Shown piece by piece: positions 1-9,546 of a stretch of DNA of 64,000 nucleotides. This stretch comes from Candidatus Goldiibacteriota bacterium (lineage in GTDB: Bacteria; Oederibacteriota; PGYV01; DYJU01), in contig CALHNI010000006.1 in NCBI GenBank assembly GCA_938034975.1, positions 7,790-71,789 on the forward strand, given 5' to 3'. The position numbers and the translations under genes are program-made. Each line of letters opens with the position of its first letter. The first letter of the stretch is position 1. The notes beneath the pieces are model-generated. The model was not told the DNA's origin, ran no database searches, and was given only the letters and a program-made list of their open reading frames with translations.

Positions 1-88
1 TTTAGGGGAAATATTTTATTTTTTTTTAATAATATTTTTCTTGTATTTTTTATACTGAAAATCTCAACCTTCTGATACGACTTTCAGA
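1..88 (+). repeat. Double-hairpin intergenic repeat, copy K (left part cut by window edge)
   Basis: Positions 30-88 align with the 3' part of copy I (aataatat..ctgaaaatc..N..gactttcaga). The imperfect hairpin at 55-88 contains the hydF stop codon (84-86). Confidence 0.6.
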
Positions 89-1289
89 ATTTTAAATACT
101 TTTTAAAAGGCAAAATAGCTCTTGGAATAAGATTATTTACATAAGCTAAAAATATTCCATAATTTATTACAGGTATATTTAATTCATTTAAAATTTTCAA
201 TCTGAACAAAATTTTATTTCTTGGCAGCATACAACCACCACACATTATCACCAAACTATATTTTTGTAATTCCTGTTTTGCTGGTAACTCTCTCGCAAAA
301 TCAAAAATTACATCTCTTAATATTTTGTTTTTAAATAATTCTGGTATCTGAACTGTTCCAATATCATTTTGTTGTCTATGGTGAGTGCATGATTCATTAA
401 TCAAAATTTTCGAGCCCGGCTTTATTTCCTTTAATCTGTTAATAGATTCAACAAATAAATTCAAATCTCCCTTTTTTCTCGCAAATAAAATAGAAAAAGA
501 TGTTAATGGCTGATCCTTGGGTAAATTCTTACTTGCTATGGAAAATGCCTGGCTGTCAGTAATAACCAGTTCTGGTCTTTTTTTTAAATTATAATATATA
601 TTCAACTGATTCTCTTTTGCTATTACAACAGAACAATTTTTATCAAGTGCATCGCGAATTGTTTCAACCTGAGGCAAAATCAATCTGCCTTTAGGAGCAG
701 CTGAATCAATAGGGACTATAAGAAATAATGTATCTCCTTCTTTAACTAAACCATCAAGCGGATTTATTTCTTTTTCTATATAATTGGATAATTTAATTAT
801 TTTTTCCCTTAATTTAACAATGTCATTTTTATCATTTATATTAACTGTGATATAATCATAATTTTGAAAAAATTTTATTTTATTATTATTGAATTCTTTG
901 TCTGCAAAGGATAAAACCACAATTAATTTTTTCCCTTTTTGTTTTAAAATATCTAAAAAATCTTTTTCAATTTGAGTTATTTCCTCATTTATTTTAGTAA
1001 CAAATATAATAATATCAGCAATCTCTAAATTACTTAATGTACTATTAATTCTTTTTTTCCCTAATTCTCCAATATCATCAAATCCAGCAGTATCTACAAA
1101 AACAACTGGTCCCAGATTACCTAATTCCATAGATTTCATTACAGGATCTGTTGTTGTGCCAGGAATATCAGAGACAATTGCAATATTATTTTCTATTATT
1201 GAGTTAAATAAACTTGATTTACCTGAATTTCTTAAACCGGTTATAACAATTCTAATTTGTTCCGCTGTAGGAGTATTAATTAATCCCAT
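84..1289 (-). CDS. hydF: [FeFe]-hydrogenase maturation GTPase HydF
   Basis: P-loop GLRNSGKSS, DTAG, and C-terminal Cys/His cluster motifs (SCTHH .. CGGC). Sits in a hydE/hydG/hydA cluster. Confidence 0.9.
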   Translation of the reverse strand: MGLINTPTAEQIRIVITGLRNSGKSSLFNSIIENNIAIVSDIPGTTTDPVMKSMELGNLGPVVFVDTAGFDDIGELGKKRINSTLSNLEIADIIIFVTKINEEITQIEKDFLDILKQKGKKLIVVLSFADKEFNNNKIKFFQNYDYITVNINDKNDIVKLREKIIKLSNYIEKEINPLDGLVKEGDTLFLIVPIDSAAPKGRLILPQVETIRDALDKNCSVVIAKENQLNIYYNLKKRPELVITDSQAFSIASKNLPKDQPLTSFSILFARKKGDLNLFVESINRLKEIKPGSKILINESCTHHRQQNDIGTVQIPELFKNKILRDVIFDFARELPAKQELQKYSLVIMCGGCMLPRNKILFRLKILNELNIPVINYGIFLAYVNNLIPRAILPFKKYLKF

Positions 1290-2310
1290 AATTTAATTCC
1301 AAATTATTATTTTTCATTGTAAAATTTATTGAAGAGCCTGTGTCAAATGATAATTCACGATTTATTTTTTTTAATTTTTGTTTCAGACATAAAATACAGG
1401 TATCAGCATTTTCATTTATGCATATCTTACCAGGATATAATAAATAATATTTTTTATATCTTGGAGGTGTTATATTTGGCATTAATACATTTGCACCAAC
1501 TTTTAATAATTTTTCTCTGCCATATGGTTCCAAAGTTCCGGAGGCGGTTGTTGCAGGAATATTAGAATAAGGCAATAAAATTCTCAATATAGCAGTTATT
1601 TTTAAAACTTTTTCAAAAGAAGGTTTATTTAAATAATTAAGCGGCGTATCCGGATGTGGAATAAAAGGTCCAATACCTATCATATCCAGATTAAGTTTAT
1701 AACATAATTCCAGATTTTTTATTAAAATTTCATCATTTTCTCCGGGCAAACCAATCATAAAACCAGAACCAGTTTCAAAATTTAATTCTTTTAAATTATA
1801 TAACATTTCAATTCTTTTCTTTAATGATAAGCCATTTTTTAAATAAGAATAAATTTTTTCATCAGCAACTTCAAATCTTATTAAATACCTGTCTACTCCG
1901 GATTCTTTTAACAATTTTAATTTTCTTTTTGTAAAATAACCACAACTTAATGTGATAGTTATATTTTTAAATTCTTTTTTCAATTTATATATAATATCGC
2001 ATAATTCATTAAACTTAAAATTTACAAATTCACCACTTTGCAAAACAAATGTTCTAAAACCTGACAAATAATTTTTTTTAATAATTTTTTTTATTTCCTG
2101 AACGCTCAAAAAATAACGCTTTATATTCCTGTTGTCCTTCCTTAAACCGCAATATAAACAATTCATTTTACATTCATTTGAAAATTCCAAAAGTGCACGA
2201 AGGAAAACTTTTTTCCCATAATTCTTTAAACAAATATATTCGGCTTCTTTTGCTAAAAAATTAAAATCACTATTATATAGTTCTTTTACATTTAAATTTA
2301 CTTTTATCAT
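1276..2310 (-). CDS. hydE: [FeFe]-hydrogenase maturase HydE (radical SAM)
   Basis: Radical SAM motif CKMNCLYC, biotin-synthase-like length, overlaps hydF and hydG. Confidence 0.88.
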   Translation of the reverse strand: MIKVNLNVKELYNSDFNFLAKEAEYICLKNYGKKVFLRALLEFSNECKMNCLYCGLRKDNRNIKRYFLSVQEIKKIIKKNYLSGFRTFVLQSGEFVNFKFNELCDIIYKLKKEFKNITITLSCGYFTKRKLKLLKESGVDRYLIRFEVADEKIYSYLKNGLSLKKRIEMLYNLKELNFETGSGFMIGLPGENDEILIKNLELCYKLNLDMIGIGPFIPHPDTPLNYLNKPSFEKVLKITAILRILLPYSNIPATTASGTLEPYGREKLLKVGANVLMPNITPPRYKKYYLLYPGKICINENADTCILCLKQKLKKINRELSFDTGSSINFTMKNNNLELNYGIN

Positions 2311-3704
2311 AAATATATATCTCTTTTACCATTATTAATTTCATCTATTATTAATTTTATTTTAATTGCCAAATTTTTTTGCATTTTAGATATTTTTTTA
2401 TAAATGAGATTTAAAGATTTTTCTTTTAATTTTACATCTGCAAAATCTTTTATATATTCATAAAAAGTAATTAATGCATTAGGTTCACAAAATTTTTGTA
2501 TTAAACCTGGTTTTGCTAAATCCATAAAATCCTTTCCTATTCTGTTTTTTCTGTAACAAGCAGTGCAAAAAGATGGTATATGTCCCATATCAACTATAGC
2601 AGATATTACCTCCTGTAAAGTTCTATGATCACCCAGAGAAAATTGTGCATCATTTGTATAATTATTATCTGCTTTTTTTGAATATGCTCCAGGATTTGTT
2701 CTGGAACCTGCTGAAATTTGCGAAACTCCGTATTTAAATAATTCATCCCGTAATTTTTCTGTCTCTCTTGTGCTCAATATAATACCAGTATATGGAACAG
2801 AAATACGTAATATAGCGACAATTTTCTTAAAATCAATATCACTAACAGGATCGGGGGGATTTACTGATAATAAAGAACCCTTAGCTGGCTCAATTCTTGG
2901 AATACTTATTGTATGTGGGCCACAGTCAAAATTTTGTTCTAAATATTTTGCATGTTGAATTAAAGCAAGAACTTCAAATTTATAATCATTAAGACCAAAT
3001 AAAGATCCTATTCCAACATCTTTAATACCTGCTCTCATTGCTCTGTCCATTACATATAATCTGTATAAATAATCTGATTTTTTCCCTTCGGGATGATAAA
3101 TTTTATATTTTTCTTCATCATATGTTTCCTGAAAGCAAATATAAGTCCCAATTTTTTCATTTTTTAATTTTTTAAAATCTTTTATTTCAAGTGGTGCAAT
3201 TTCAACATTAATTCTTCTTATATAGTTGTTATTAAAATTAATTTTATATATTAGGCGAATACTTTCTATTATATAATTTATATCTGTAACTTCTGATTCT
3301 CCCGTCAAAACAAGTAATCTTTTATGTCCTTGTTTTAATAATATTTTTACTTCATTTTCTATTTCTTCATTATTCAACTTTTTTCTGATTATTGATTTAT
3401 TATCTTTCCTAAATCCACAATAAAGACAATTATTGCTACAATGGTTTGACAAATATAATGGTGCAAATAATACCAGCCTGTTTCCATATATTTTTTCTTT
3501 AATTATTTTCGCTGTTTCTTGTATTTTTTCTACTTGTTTTTTCTGGTTAACAAGCAATAACTTTGCGACATCATATATATCTAAACCTTTAAGTTTTAAA
3601 GATCTATTTAAAATCTCATTTAATTCATTTGTTGTTGGAGATTTTTGTTTTAGTAAATTATATAGCTTTTCTTTTTCAATTATTTTATTTTTTGAATTAG
3701 CCAC
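2307..3704 (-). CDS. hydG: [FeFe]-hydrogenase maturase HydG (radical SAM, ThiH-like)
   Basis: CSNNCLYCGF radical SAM motif plus C-terminal CTACYRKNR.. cluster motif. 465 aa. Confidence 0.9.
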   Translation of the reverse strand: MANSKNKIIEKEKLYNLLKQKSPTTNELNEILNRSLKLKGLDIYDVAKLLLVNQKKQVEKIQETAKIIKEKIYGNRLVLFAPLYLSNHCSNNCLYCGFRKDNKSIIRKKLNNEEIENEVKILLKQGHKRLLVLTGESEVTDINYIIESIRLIYKINFNNNYIRRINVEIAPLEIKDFKKLKNEKIGTYICFQETYDEEKYKIYHPEGKKSDYLYRLYVMDRAMRAGIKDVGIGSLFGLNDYKFEVLALIQHAKYLEQNFDCGPHTISIPRIEPAKGSLLSVNPPDPVSDIDFKKIVAILRISVPYTGIILSTRETEKLRDELFKYGVSQISAGSRTNPGAYSKKADNNYTNDAQFSLGDHRTLQEVISAIVDMGHIPSFCTACYRKNRIGKDFMDLAKPGLIQKFCEPNALITFYEYIKDFADVKLKEKSLNLIYKKISKMQKNLAIKIKLIIDEINNGKRDIYL

Positions 3705-3735
3705 TAAATTAACTCCTTATCCTTAATACATAAAA

Positions 3736-3975
3736 TTAAAATATTATTGATTTAACTTTTAAACCTTTAATATTCCCTATTTTACCAGTTAATGCTCCTA
3801 ATTCATTTGTATTTAATTCAACAATAATATTAATAAAATTTATTTTTTTATCTTTTAAAGGTAGTCCCATCCTGCCCAGTATAATATTAGAATAATCAGA
3901 AAGCAATTTATTCAATTTGTCAATATTAGTTTTTTCATAAATAAATATGGCGATTACGCCTAATCTCCTCTCCAT
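3736..3975 (-). CDS. Small TM1266-type iron-only hydrogenase system regulator-like protein
   Basis: 79 aa, lies between hydA and hydG as in TM1266-type loci. The call rests on size, position and ACT-like sequence character. Confidence 0.6.
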   Translation of the reverse strand: MERRLGVIAIFIYEKTNIDKLNKLLSDYSNIILGRMGLPLKDKKINFINIIVELNTNELGALTGKIGNIKGLKVKSIIF

Positions 3976-4014
3976 CTGATTTACCTCCTTTGGATAAGAT
4001 TTTAGGAATACTTT

Positions 4015-5781
4015 TTATTTATAATAAATTGGCCTTGGTTTATATTTAGTGTGTAACAGTTGATGTGATTTTTTACTCAATGGTTTACCTAAAAATTCTT
4101 CATATAATTTTTTTACCATAGGATTTTCATGAGAAAATCTTACTTGTTGTTGTTTGTCATCGTTGTAAATTCCATTGCTTCTTTGAATACGTAATTTATC
4201 ACTTATCTGATAAGGTTGTCCACCTCCTGCCACACAACCTCCGGGACAGGCCATAACTTCTATAAAATCATATGGTGGTTTTACTTTTTTTGTCTTTGAC
4301 TCTTTTATTTCATCCAGCACTTTTTTAATATTTCCTATACCATGAGCAATACAAACCTTTATTTCCTTTGAATCAACTTTTATATTTGCTTTTTTTATAC
4401 CGTCAAGTCCACGGATCTCGTTTAATTCTATTTTTTCTAAATTTTTTCCTGTAAATAAATAATACGCTGTCCTTAATGCTGCTTCCATAACTCCGCCTGT
4501 TGTTCCAAAAATTGTTCCTGCACCTGAGTAATTACCTAATATCTCATCTGGTTCTTCTTCCTCTAACCTTTCAAAATCTATACCACCCGAATATGCCATT
4601 CTTACAAGTTCGCGGGTTGTCAAAGAAACATCCACATCCTGAAAACCACTTGCAAACATTTCATCTGTTCTTGATATTTCATATTTTTTTGCTGTGCAAG
4701 GCATTATTGAGACCATAAATATTTTTCCCGGATCTATATTATTTTTTTGTGCAAAATAAGTTTTTGTTAAAACACCTGTAATTTGATGTGGTGATTTAAC
4801 TGTTGAAAAATGTTCAATTAGTTCAGGATAGTATTTTTCAAGATAATCAACCCAGCTTGGACAACAAGATGTAATCAAAGGTAATTTATTCCTGTTTAAT
4901 TGATATCTTTCATAAAATTCCGTAGCTTCTTCCATTATTGTTACATCTGCGCCAAAATTTGTATCAAAAACAGCTTTAAAACCTAATTTTCTGAGCAAAG
5001 CATAGATTTTTTTCGTTGTTATAGTTCCAGGTAGCAATCCAAATGATTCGCCAAATGCTACCCTTACAGCGGGTGCAATTTGAACAACAGGATAAAGATT
5101 TTCATCTCTTAAAGCATTCCATACTTTATCTGTTTCTTCATATTCAATTAATGCTCCAACCGGACAATGAGCTGAACACTGTCCGCATTTTATACAAGGA
5201 CTATCACTTAATAATATATCACCCGCAGGAGCAATTCTCATATCAAAACCACGATTTATAAATTCAAGTGCCCATACTTCCTGGATTTTTTGACATACAT
5301 CTACACATCTCCCGCATTTAATACATTTTTTTGCATCTACGACTATTGCTTTTGTTGATAAATCTTTTGATTTTTCAACAATTAGCGGTTTAAAAAATTT
5401 CTCTCTAATCCCAAATTCCTCTGCAAATCTTTGTAATTCGCAACTTCCATTTCTTAAACAAGTTAAACATTCATTTGGATGGTTAGATAAAATAAGTTCT
5501 ATTACATTTTTTCTTACTTCATGTAATTCTGCATCATGGGTAATTATTGACATATTTTCTTGTATTGGAGTAGTGCAGGAACGAACTAATTTTTTCATAC
5601 CTTCTACCTTAACAACACATATTCCACACGCACCAGTTGCATGTAAATCTTCATGTTTACATAAAGTTGGTATTTTTATACGCGCATGTTTTGCAGCATC
5701 TAATATTGTCAAATTTTCATCTACTTCAATTTCTTTTTTATTTATCAATATTTTTATTTTATTCTTTTCTTTTTCCGTCAT
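4015..5781 (-). CDS. hydA: [FeFe] hydrogenase catalytic subunit (group A, HydA/HndD type)
   Basis: H-cluster motifs TSCCPSW, MPCTAKKYE and EVMACPGGCVAGGGQP, plus N-terminal 2Fe-2S and 4Fe-4S Cys motifs. Confidence 0.95.
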   Translation of the reverse strand: MTEKEKNKIKILINKKEIEVDENLTILDAAKHARIKIPTLCKHEDLHATGACGICVVKVEGMKKLVRSCTTPIQENMSIITHDAELHEVRKNVIELILSNHPNECLTCLRNGSCELQRFAEEFGIREKFFKPLIVEKSKDLSTKAIVVDAKKCIKCGRCVDVCQKIQEVWALEFINRGFDMRIAPAGDILLSDSPCIKCGQCSAHCPVGALIEYEETDKVWNALRDENLYPVVQIAPAVRVAFGESFGLLPGTITTKKIYALLRKLGFKAVFDTNFGADVTIMEEATEFYERYQLNRNKLPLITSCCPSWVDYLEKYYPELIEHFSTVKSPHQITGVLTKTYFAQKNNIDPGKIFMVSIMPCTAKKYEISRTDEMFASGFQDVDVSLTTRELVRMAYSGGIDFERLEEEEPDEILGNYSGAGTIFGTTGGVMEAALRTAYYLFTGKNLEKIELNEIRGLDGIKKANIKVDSKEIKVCIAHGIGNIKKVLDEIKESKTKKVKPPYDFIEVMACPGGCVAGGGQPYQISDKLRIQRSNGIYNDDKQQQVRFSHENPMVKKLYEEFLGKPLSKKSHQLLHTKYKPRPIYYK

Positions 5782-5793
5782 GAATTTCTCCTT

Positions 5794-7947
5794 TTAATTT
5801 TTATTTATTGCACCAAATTTACAGGTATTATAACATTCCCCGCATTTAACACATTTTAATTGATCTATGACATGTGGTTTTCTTTTTTCTCCTGATATTG
5901 CAGTCACCGGACATCTTAGAGCACAAGCACCACAGCCTATACATTTATCAGGATTTATTTCATATATTATTAACTCTTTACACTTACCTGTTTTACATTT
6001 TCTATCTCTTATGTGTTCTATATATTCATATTCAAAATATTTAAGTGTGGATATTACAGGATTAGGAGAACTTTGCCCTAAGCCACATAAAGATGCTTTA
6101 TTCATGGCCAAAGAAATTCTTTTTAATCTTTCTATGTCATTTTCTTCTGCTTTACCACTGCTTATTGATTTTAATATCTCTAATAATTGTTTACCACCAA
6201 TTCTACATGGAGCGCATTTTCCACATGATTCATCAACTGTAAATTGAAGATAAAACTTGGCAACATCAACCATGCAATCATCTTCATCCATGACAATCAA
6301 TCCTCCTGATCCCATCATTGAGCCAATTTTTTGCAAACTTTCATACTCTATCGGATAATCAATAAAATCTTCAGAAATTACTCCGCCAGATGGTCCGCCA
6401 CTCTGAGCAGCTTTGAATCTCTTATTATTAAATATACCACCGCCAATATTATAAATTATTTCTTTCAATGTAGTTCCCATCGCAACTTCAATTAATCCTG
6501 GATTTTTAACCTTACCAGTTAATGCAAAAACTTTTGTTCCTTTTGATTGTTCTGTTCCAATTGATGAAAACCATTCATAGCCTTTATTAATAATAATTGG
6601 TATGTTTGCCCAAGTTTCAACATTATTTATAACAGTAGGTTTTCCCCATAAGCCTTCTTTGGAAGGGAATGGAGGTCTTGGTTTTGGCATACCTCTTTTC
6701 CCTTCTATAGATGCAATTAATGCTGTTTCTTCGCCACATACAAATGCGCCAGCGCCAAGTCTAATTTCAATATCAAATGAAAAATTGGTCCCGAGAATAT
6801 TTTCACCTAATAATCCAAGTTCTTTAGCTTTATTGATTGCCATCTCTAATCTTTTTATTGCAAGTGGATATTCTGCTCTTACATATATATAACCGTTTCT
6901 AGCTCCAACTGCATATGCACATATAGTCATTCCTTCTATAACACTATATGGATCTCCTTCTAAAATACTTCTGTCCATATATGCCCCAGGATCTCCTTCA
7001 TCGGCATTACATACTATGTATTTAATATCAGAATCTGTATTTTTTGTTATCTCCCATTTAATTCCAGTAGGGAAACCCGCTCCTCCCCTTCCTCTTAAAC
7101 CTGATTTTTTTATTTCTTCTATTACGGCTTCAGGCGTCATATTAAGTAAAACTTTTTCTAATGCCATATAACCATCTCTATTTATATAATCGTTAACATT
7201 TTCAGGATCAATATAACCACTATTTTTTAAAACAACCCTTATTTGATTGTATTGTTTATTATGTTCTCTTATTTTTATATTTGGATTATCTGAAAATAAT
7301 AAAAATTCATTAATTATTGTTTTTTTTATAAAATGTGTCTCAATAATATTTTCAATCTGGTGTTCGGTAAAGTTTGAATAAATTATATTTTCGGGCAATA
7401 TTTTAATTATTGGATTTTTATTTGACATGCCTATATATTTTGTTGAGTATATTTTAATTTTTTCTTGTAAATTTTTATTTGTTATTTTTTTGATAAAAGT
7501 ATTATATATATTTTTTTTCTTATCTGGTTCCCATACAAAAATATATTTAATGTCATTTTCAAATTCATTTTTATTATTTTTAGCAAATAAATCAATTGTG
7601 GGTAAAAAAATTACATAATCATCAATTATTGTCTTTTTCATTATATGCTCTGTAATTATTTTATAAACTATATCTTCATTTAAGTAACCATATCCTACTT
7701 CTGGTAACCCTTGTATTTTGATTATAAGATTTGGTTCGCAAAAGCATAATCCAAGGCAACCTGTTTTTTTTACAGTTATTATATCTTCTAAATCTCTCTC
7801 TGAAATTTCTTTTTTCAAAATTTCATAGATTCTGTCACCACCTGCTGCAATTCCACAGGTTCCCATACTAACCAATATCTCATTCTTATTTGACTTTTTT
7901 ATCAAATCTCTCATATTTTTCAATTCTTCATATTTTAATTTAGTCAT
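5794..7947 (-). CDS. hydB: NuoF-like flavoprotein subunit HydB/HndC with N-terminal extension
   Basis: [13 protein letters not shown] site, [10 protein letters not shown], two C-terminal CxxCxxCxxxC motifs. The N-terminus has a thioredoxin-like 2Fe-2S module followed by a Cys-poor duplicate. Confidence 0.9.
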   Translation of the reverse strand: MTKLKYEELKNMRDLIKKSNKNEILVSMGTCGIAAGGDRIYEILKKEISERDLEDIITVKKTGCLGLCFCEPNLIIKIQGLPEVGYGYLNEDIVYKIITEHIMKKTIIDDYVIFLPTIDLFAKNNKNEFENDIKYIFVWEPDKKKNIYNTFIKKITNKNLQEKIKIYSTKYIGMSNKNPIIKILPENIIYSNFTEHQIENIIETHFIKKTIINEFLLFSDNPNIKIREHNKQYNQIRVVLKNSGYIDPENVNDYINRDGYMALEKVLLNMTPEAVIEEIKKSGLRGRGGAGFPTGIKWEITKNTDSDIKYIVCNADEGDPGAYMDRSILEGDPYSVIEGMTICAYAVGARNGYIYVRAEYPLAIKRLEMAINKAKELGLLGENILGTNFSFDIEIRLGAGAFVCGEETALIASIEGKRGMPKPRPPFPSKEGLWGKPTVINNVETWANIPIIINKGYEWFSSIGTEQSKGTKVFALTGKVKNPGLIEVAMGTTLKEIIYNIGGGIFNNKRFKAAQSGGPSGGVISEDFIDYPIEYESLQKIGSMMGSGGLIVMDEDDCMVDVAKFYLQFTVDESCGKCAPCRIGGKQLLEILKSISSGKAEENDIERLKRISLAMNKASLCGLGQSSPNPVISTLKYFEYEYIEHIRDRKCKTGKCKELIIYEINPDKCIGCGACALRCPVTAISGEKRKPHVIDQLKCVKCGECYNTCKFGAINKN

Positions 7948-8446
7948 TTTTTATTTCCTTTCCTTCTATTTTGGTATATTCACTTAGTATTTCAATCAAT
8001 TGGTCTTTTTTTAAATTTCCGTAAACTTTATTATTTATCACAATTGCTGGAGCTATTCCGCAACAACCAATGCATCTTACAATTTCTATCGAAAATATTC
8101 CATCTTCTGTTGTTGAATTTACCCCAATCCCTAAAATATTTTCTATTTCACCCAAAATATCTTCTCCCCCTTTTAAATAACAAGCTGTTCCCATACATAC
8201 TGATATTCTGTATTTACCGGGTTTGTTCAATTTAAAAATATGATAAAAAGTTATAATGCCATAAATTTTGGCAAGAGGTATATTTAATTTTCTTGACAAC
8301 TCCATTGCTATTTTTCTTGGGACATATCCATAAATTTCTTGAATTTTATGTAGTATCATTATTTCAAATCCTTTTTTGTTGCTGTTCTTTTCTATATATT
8401 CAATAATTTCATTTGGTAATTTTATTTCTTCTTTTTGCATTGTCAT
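7940..8446 (-). CDS. hydC: NuoE-like 2Fe-2S subunit HydC/HndA
   Basis: CMGTAC .. CIGCCG motifs. The start is placed at ATG 8446, preceded by AAAGGAG. The ORF-track GTG at 8476 overlaps that SD. Confidence 0.85.
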   Translation of the reverse strand: MTMQKEEIKLPNEIIEYIEKNSNKKGFEIMILHKIQEIYGYVPRKIAMELSRKLNIPLAKIYGIITFYHIFKLNKPGKYRISVCMGTACYLKGGEDILGEIENILGIGVNSTTEDGIFSIEIVRCIGCCGIAPAIVINNKVYGNLKKDQLIEILSEYTKIEGKEIKND

Positions 8447-8487
8447 AATTATAATCTCCTTTGTGATTTTTTTCACTTTTCTTTAGA

Positions 8488-8516
8488 TTTATAATATATT
8501 ATTTCAAAAATGTCAA
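8488..8516 (-). promoter_or_regulatory. sigma70-type promoter for hydCBA (TTGACA-N17-TATAAA)
   Basis: Minus-strand TTGACA at 8516-8511, 17-nt spacer, TATAAA at 8493-8488, about 35 nt upstream of the hydC ATG. Confidence 0.6.
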
Positions 8517-8529
8517 CTTAAAAATAATA

Positions 8530-8732
8530 CCGTAAAAATGCGTTTTTACAGAAAAACAAATTTTTTTTATTCATCTTATTTAATAATTTTTTATTTTTAT
8601 AATGCATTTATTTTATTCACCCGTTTTTAAAATTTAAAATAAAACTAAAGTGTTGTTTTGAATATGTTATTTTTTTAAATAATATATCATTTTTCCTCCT
8701 GAAAATCGCAATCTTTTAATGCGTTTTTCAGG
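8530..8732 (+). repeat. Double-hairpin intergenic repeat, copy A
   Basis: Collapsed 5' palindrome at 8530-8551, conserved core (ttatttaataattttttatttttataatgcat..attcaccc..), 3' hairpin at 8698-8732. Confidence 0.85.
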
Positions 8733-8746
8733 CAATTAAATTTTCA

Positions 8747-8775
8747 TTGACACAAATTATTTTTTTTTTTATAAT
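8747..8775 (+). promoter_or_regulatory. Consensus sigma70 promoter for rpmH operon (TTGACA-N17-TATAAT)
   Basis: TTGACA at 8747-8752, TATAAT at 8770-8775, 58 nt upstream of the rpmH ATG. Confidence 0.65.
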
Positions 8776-8833
8776 TTATTAAAATTTAAAATCTCAATAA
8801 CTAAAATTTCAATATTTTAAACCAGGAGAAAAA

Positions 8834-8974
8834 ATGCCAAAAAGAACTTATCAGCCACACAAAAGAAAAGCCAAAAGAAAACATGGTTTTTTAAAAAGAA
8901 TGCAAACAAAAAGCGGAAGAAAAATAATAAATAACCGCAGAAGAAAAGGAAGAAAACAATTAACCAGGGTTTAA
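8834..8974 (+). CDS. rpmH: 50S ribosomal protein L34 (not in ORF track, 46 aa)
   Basis: Translation is [54 protein letters not shown] lies upstream and rnpA follows. Confidence 0.93.
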   Translation: MPKRTYQPHKRKAKRKHGFLKRMQTKSGRKIINNRRRKGRKQLTRV

Positions 8975-8977
8975 TTT

Positions 8978-9319
8978 TTGATAATTAAAAAAAATTTATC
9001 CAAAAGAAAAAAAATTATAAATTTGATTAAAGAAGGAACTAAATTTGAGAATAACTTTTTTAAGATTTATATATTACATAATGAATATTTAAAAATGCCT
9101 GAATTATACGTTACCAATATAGCAAAAAAATCTATAAAAAAAAGTTATCTTAGAAATCTTAACAAAAGAAGGATAAAAGCCATATTCAATAAAATTAAAA
9201 AAGAATTTATTGGTAAAGAAGTATTGATAATGCCCAAATATAATATAAATTTATTAGACACTTATGAAAAAATTGAAAAAAATCTAATGGATTTATTAAA
9301 TTACTGTAAAACCAAATGA
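8978..9319 (+). CDS. rnpA: RNase P protein component
   Basis: Basic 113-aa protein directly after rpmH and before yidD/yidC. The call is mainly by synteny. Confidence 0.75.
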   Translation: MIIKKNLSKRKKIINLIKEGTKFENNFFKIYILHNEYLKMPELYVTNIAKKSIKKSYLRNLNKRRIKAIFNKIKKEFIGKEVLIMPKYNINLLDTYEKIEKNLMDLLNYCKTK

Positions 9320-9522
9320 AAAATCTAATAATATCGGCAATAAATTTTTACCAGAAATTTATTTCACCGTTTTTTCCACAGAGTTGCAGGTTTTATCCCA
9401 CCTGCTCTCAGTATGCAAAAGAATCTATAATAAAATATGGAATTATAAAAGGTATTTTAAAATCAATAAAAAGAATTTTTAAATGTAATCCTTTTCACCC
9501 TGGCGGAATAGATAAGGTATAA
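9316..9522 (+). CDS. yidD: Membrane protein insertion efficiency factor YidD
   Basis: [18 protein letters not shown] motif. Confidence 0.9.
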   Translation: MKNLIISAINFYQKFISPFFPQSCRFYPTCSQYAKESIIKYGIIKGILKSIKRIFKCNPFHPGGIDKV

Positions 9523-9546
9523 ATTTTAAAAAGGAGTATAAGTGAT

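Noticed and set aside
8447-8476. GTG start of hydC at 8476 as given by the ORF track
   Set aside because: The extension contains the AAAGGAG Shine-Dalgarno that serves ATG 8446, and it would begin only about 5 nt from the predicted transcription start.
8530-8551. Repeat hairpins acting as ordinary Rho-independent terminators
   Set aside because: The stems are A5/T5-rich rather than GC-rich, and no consistent U-tract follows them on either strand across copies. A terminator or insulator role cannot be excluded, but the sequence alone does not support it.
8447-8833. Replication origin upstream of rpmH (divergent transcription, AT-rich)
   Set aside because: I could not see any cluster of DnaA boxes (TTATCCACA-like), and dnaA is not adjacent. 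From 14.9 kb onward genes return to the minus strand for about 50 kb, which is inconsistent with a fork leaving this site.
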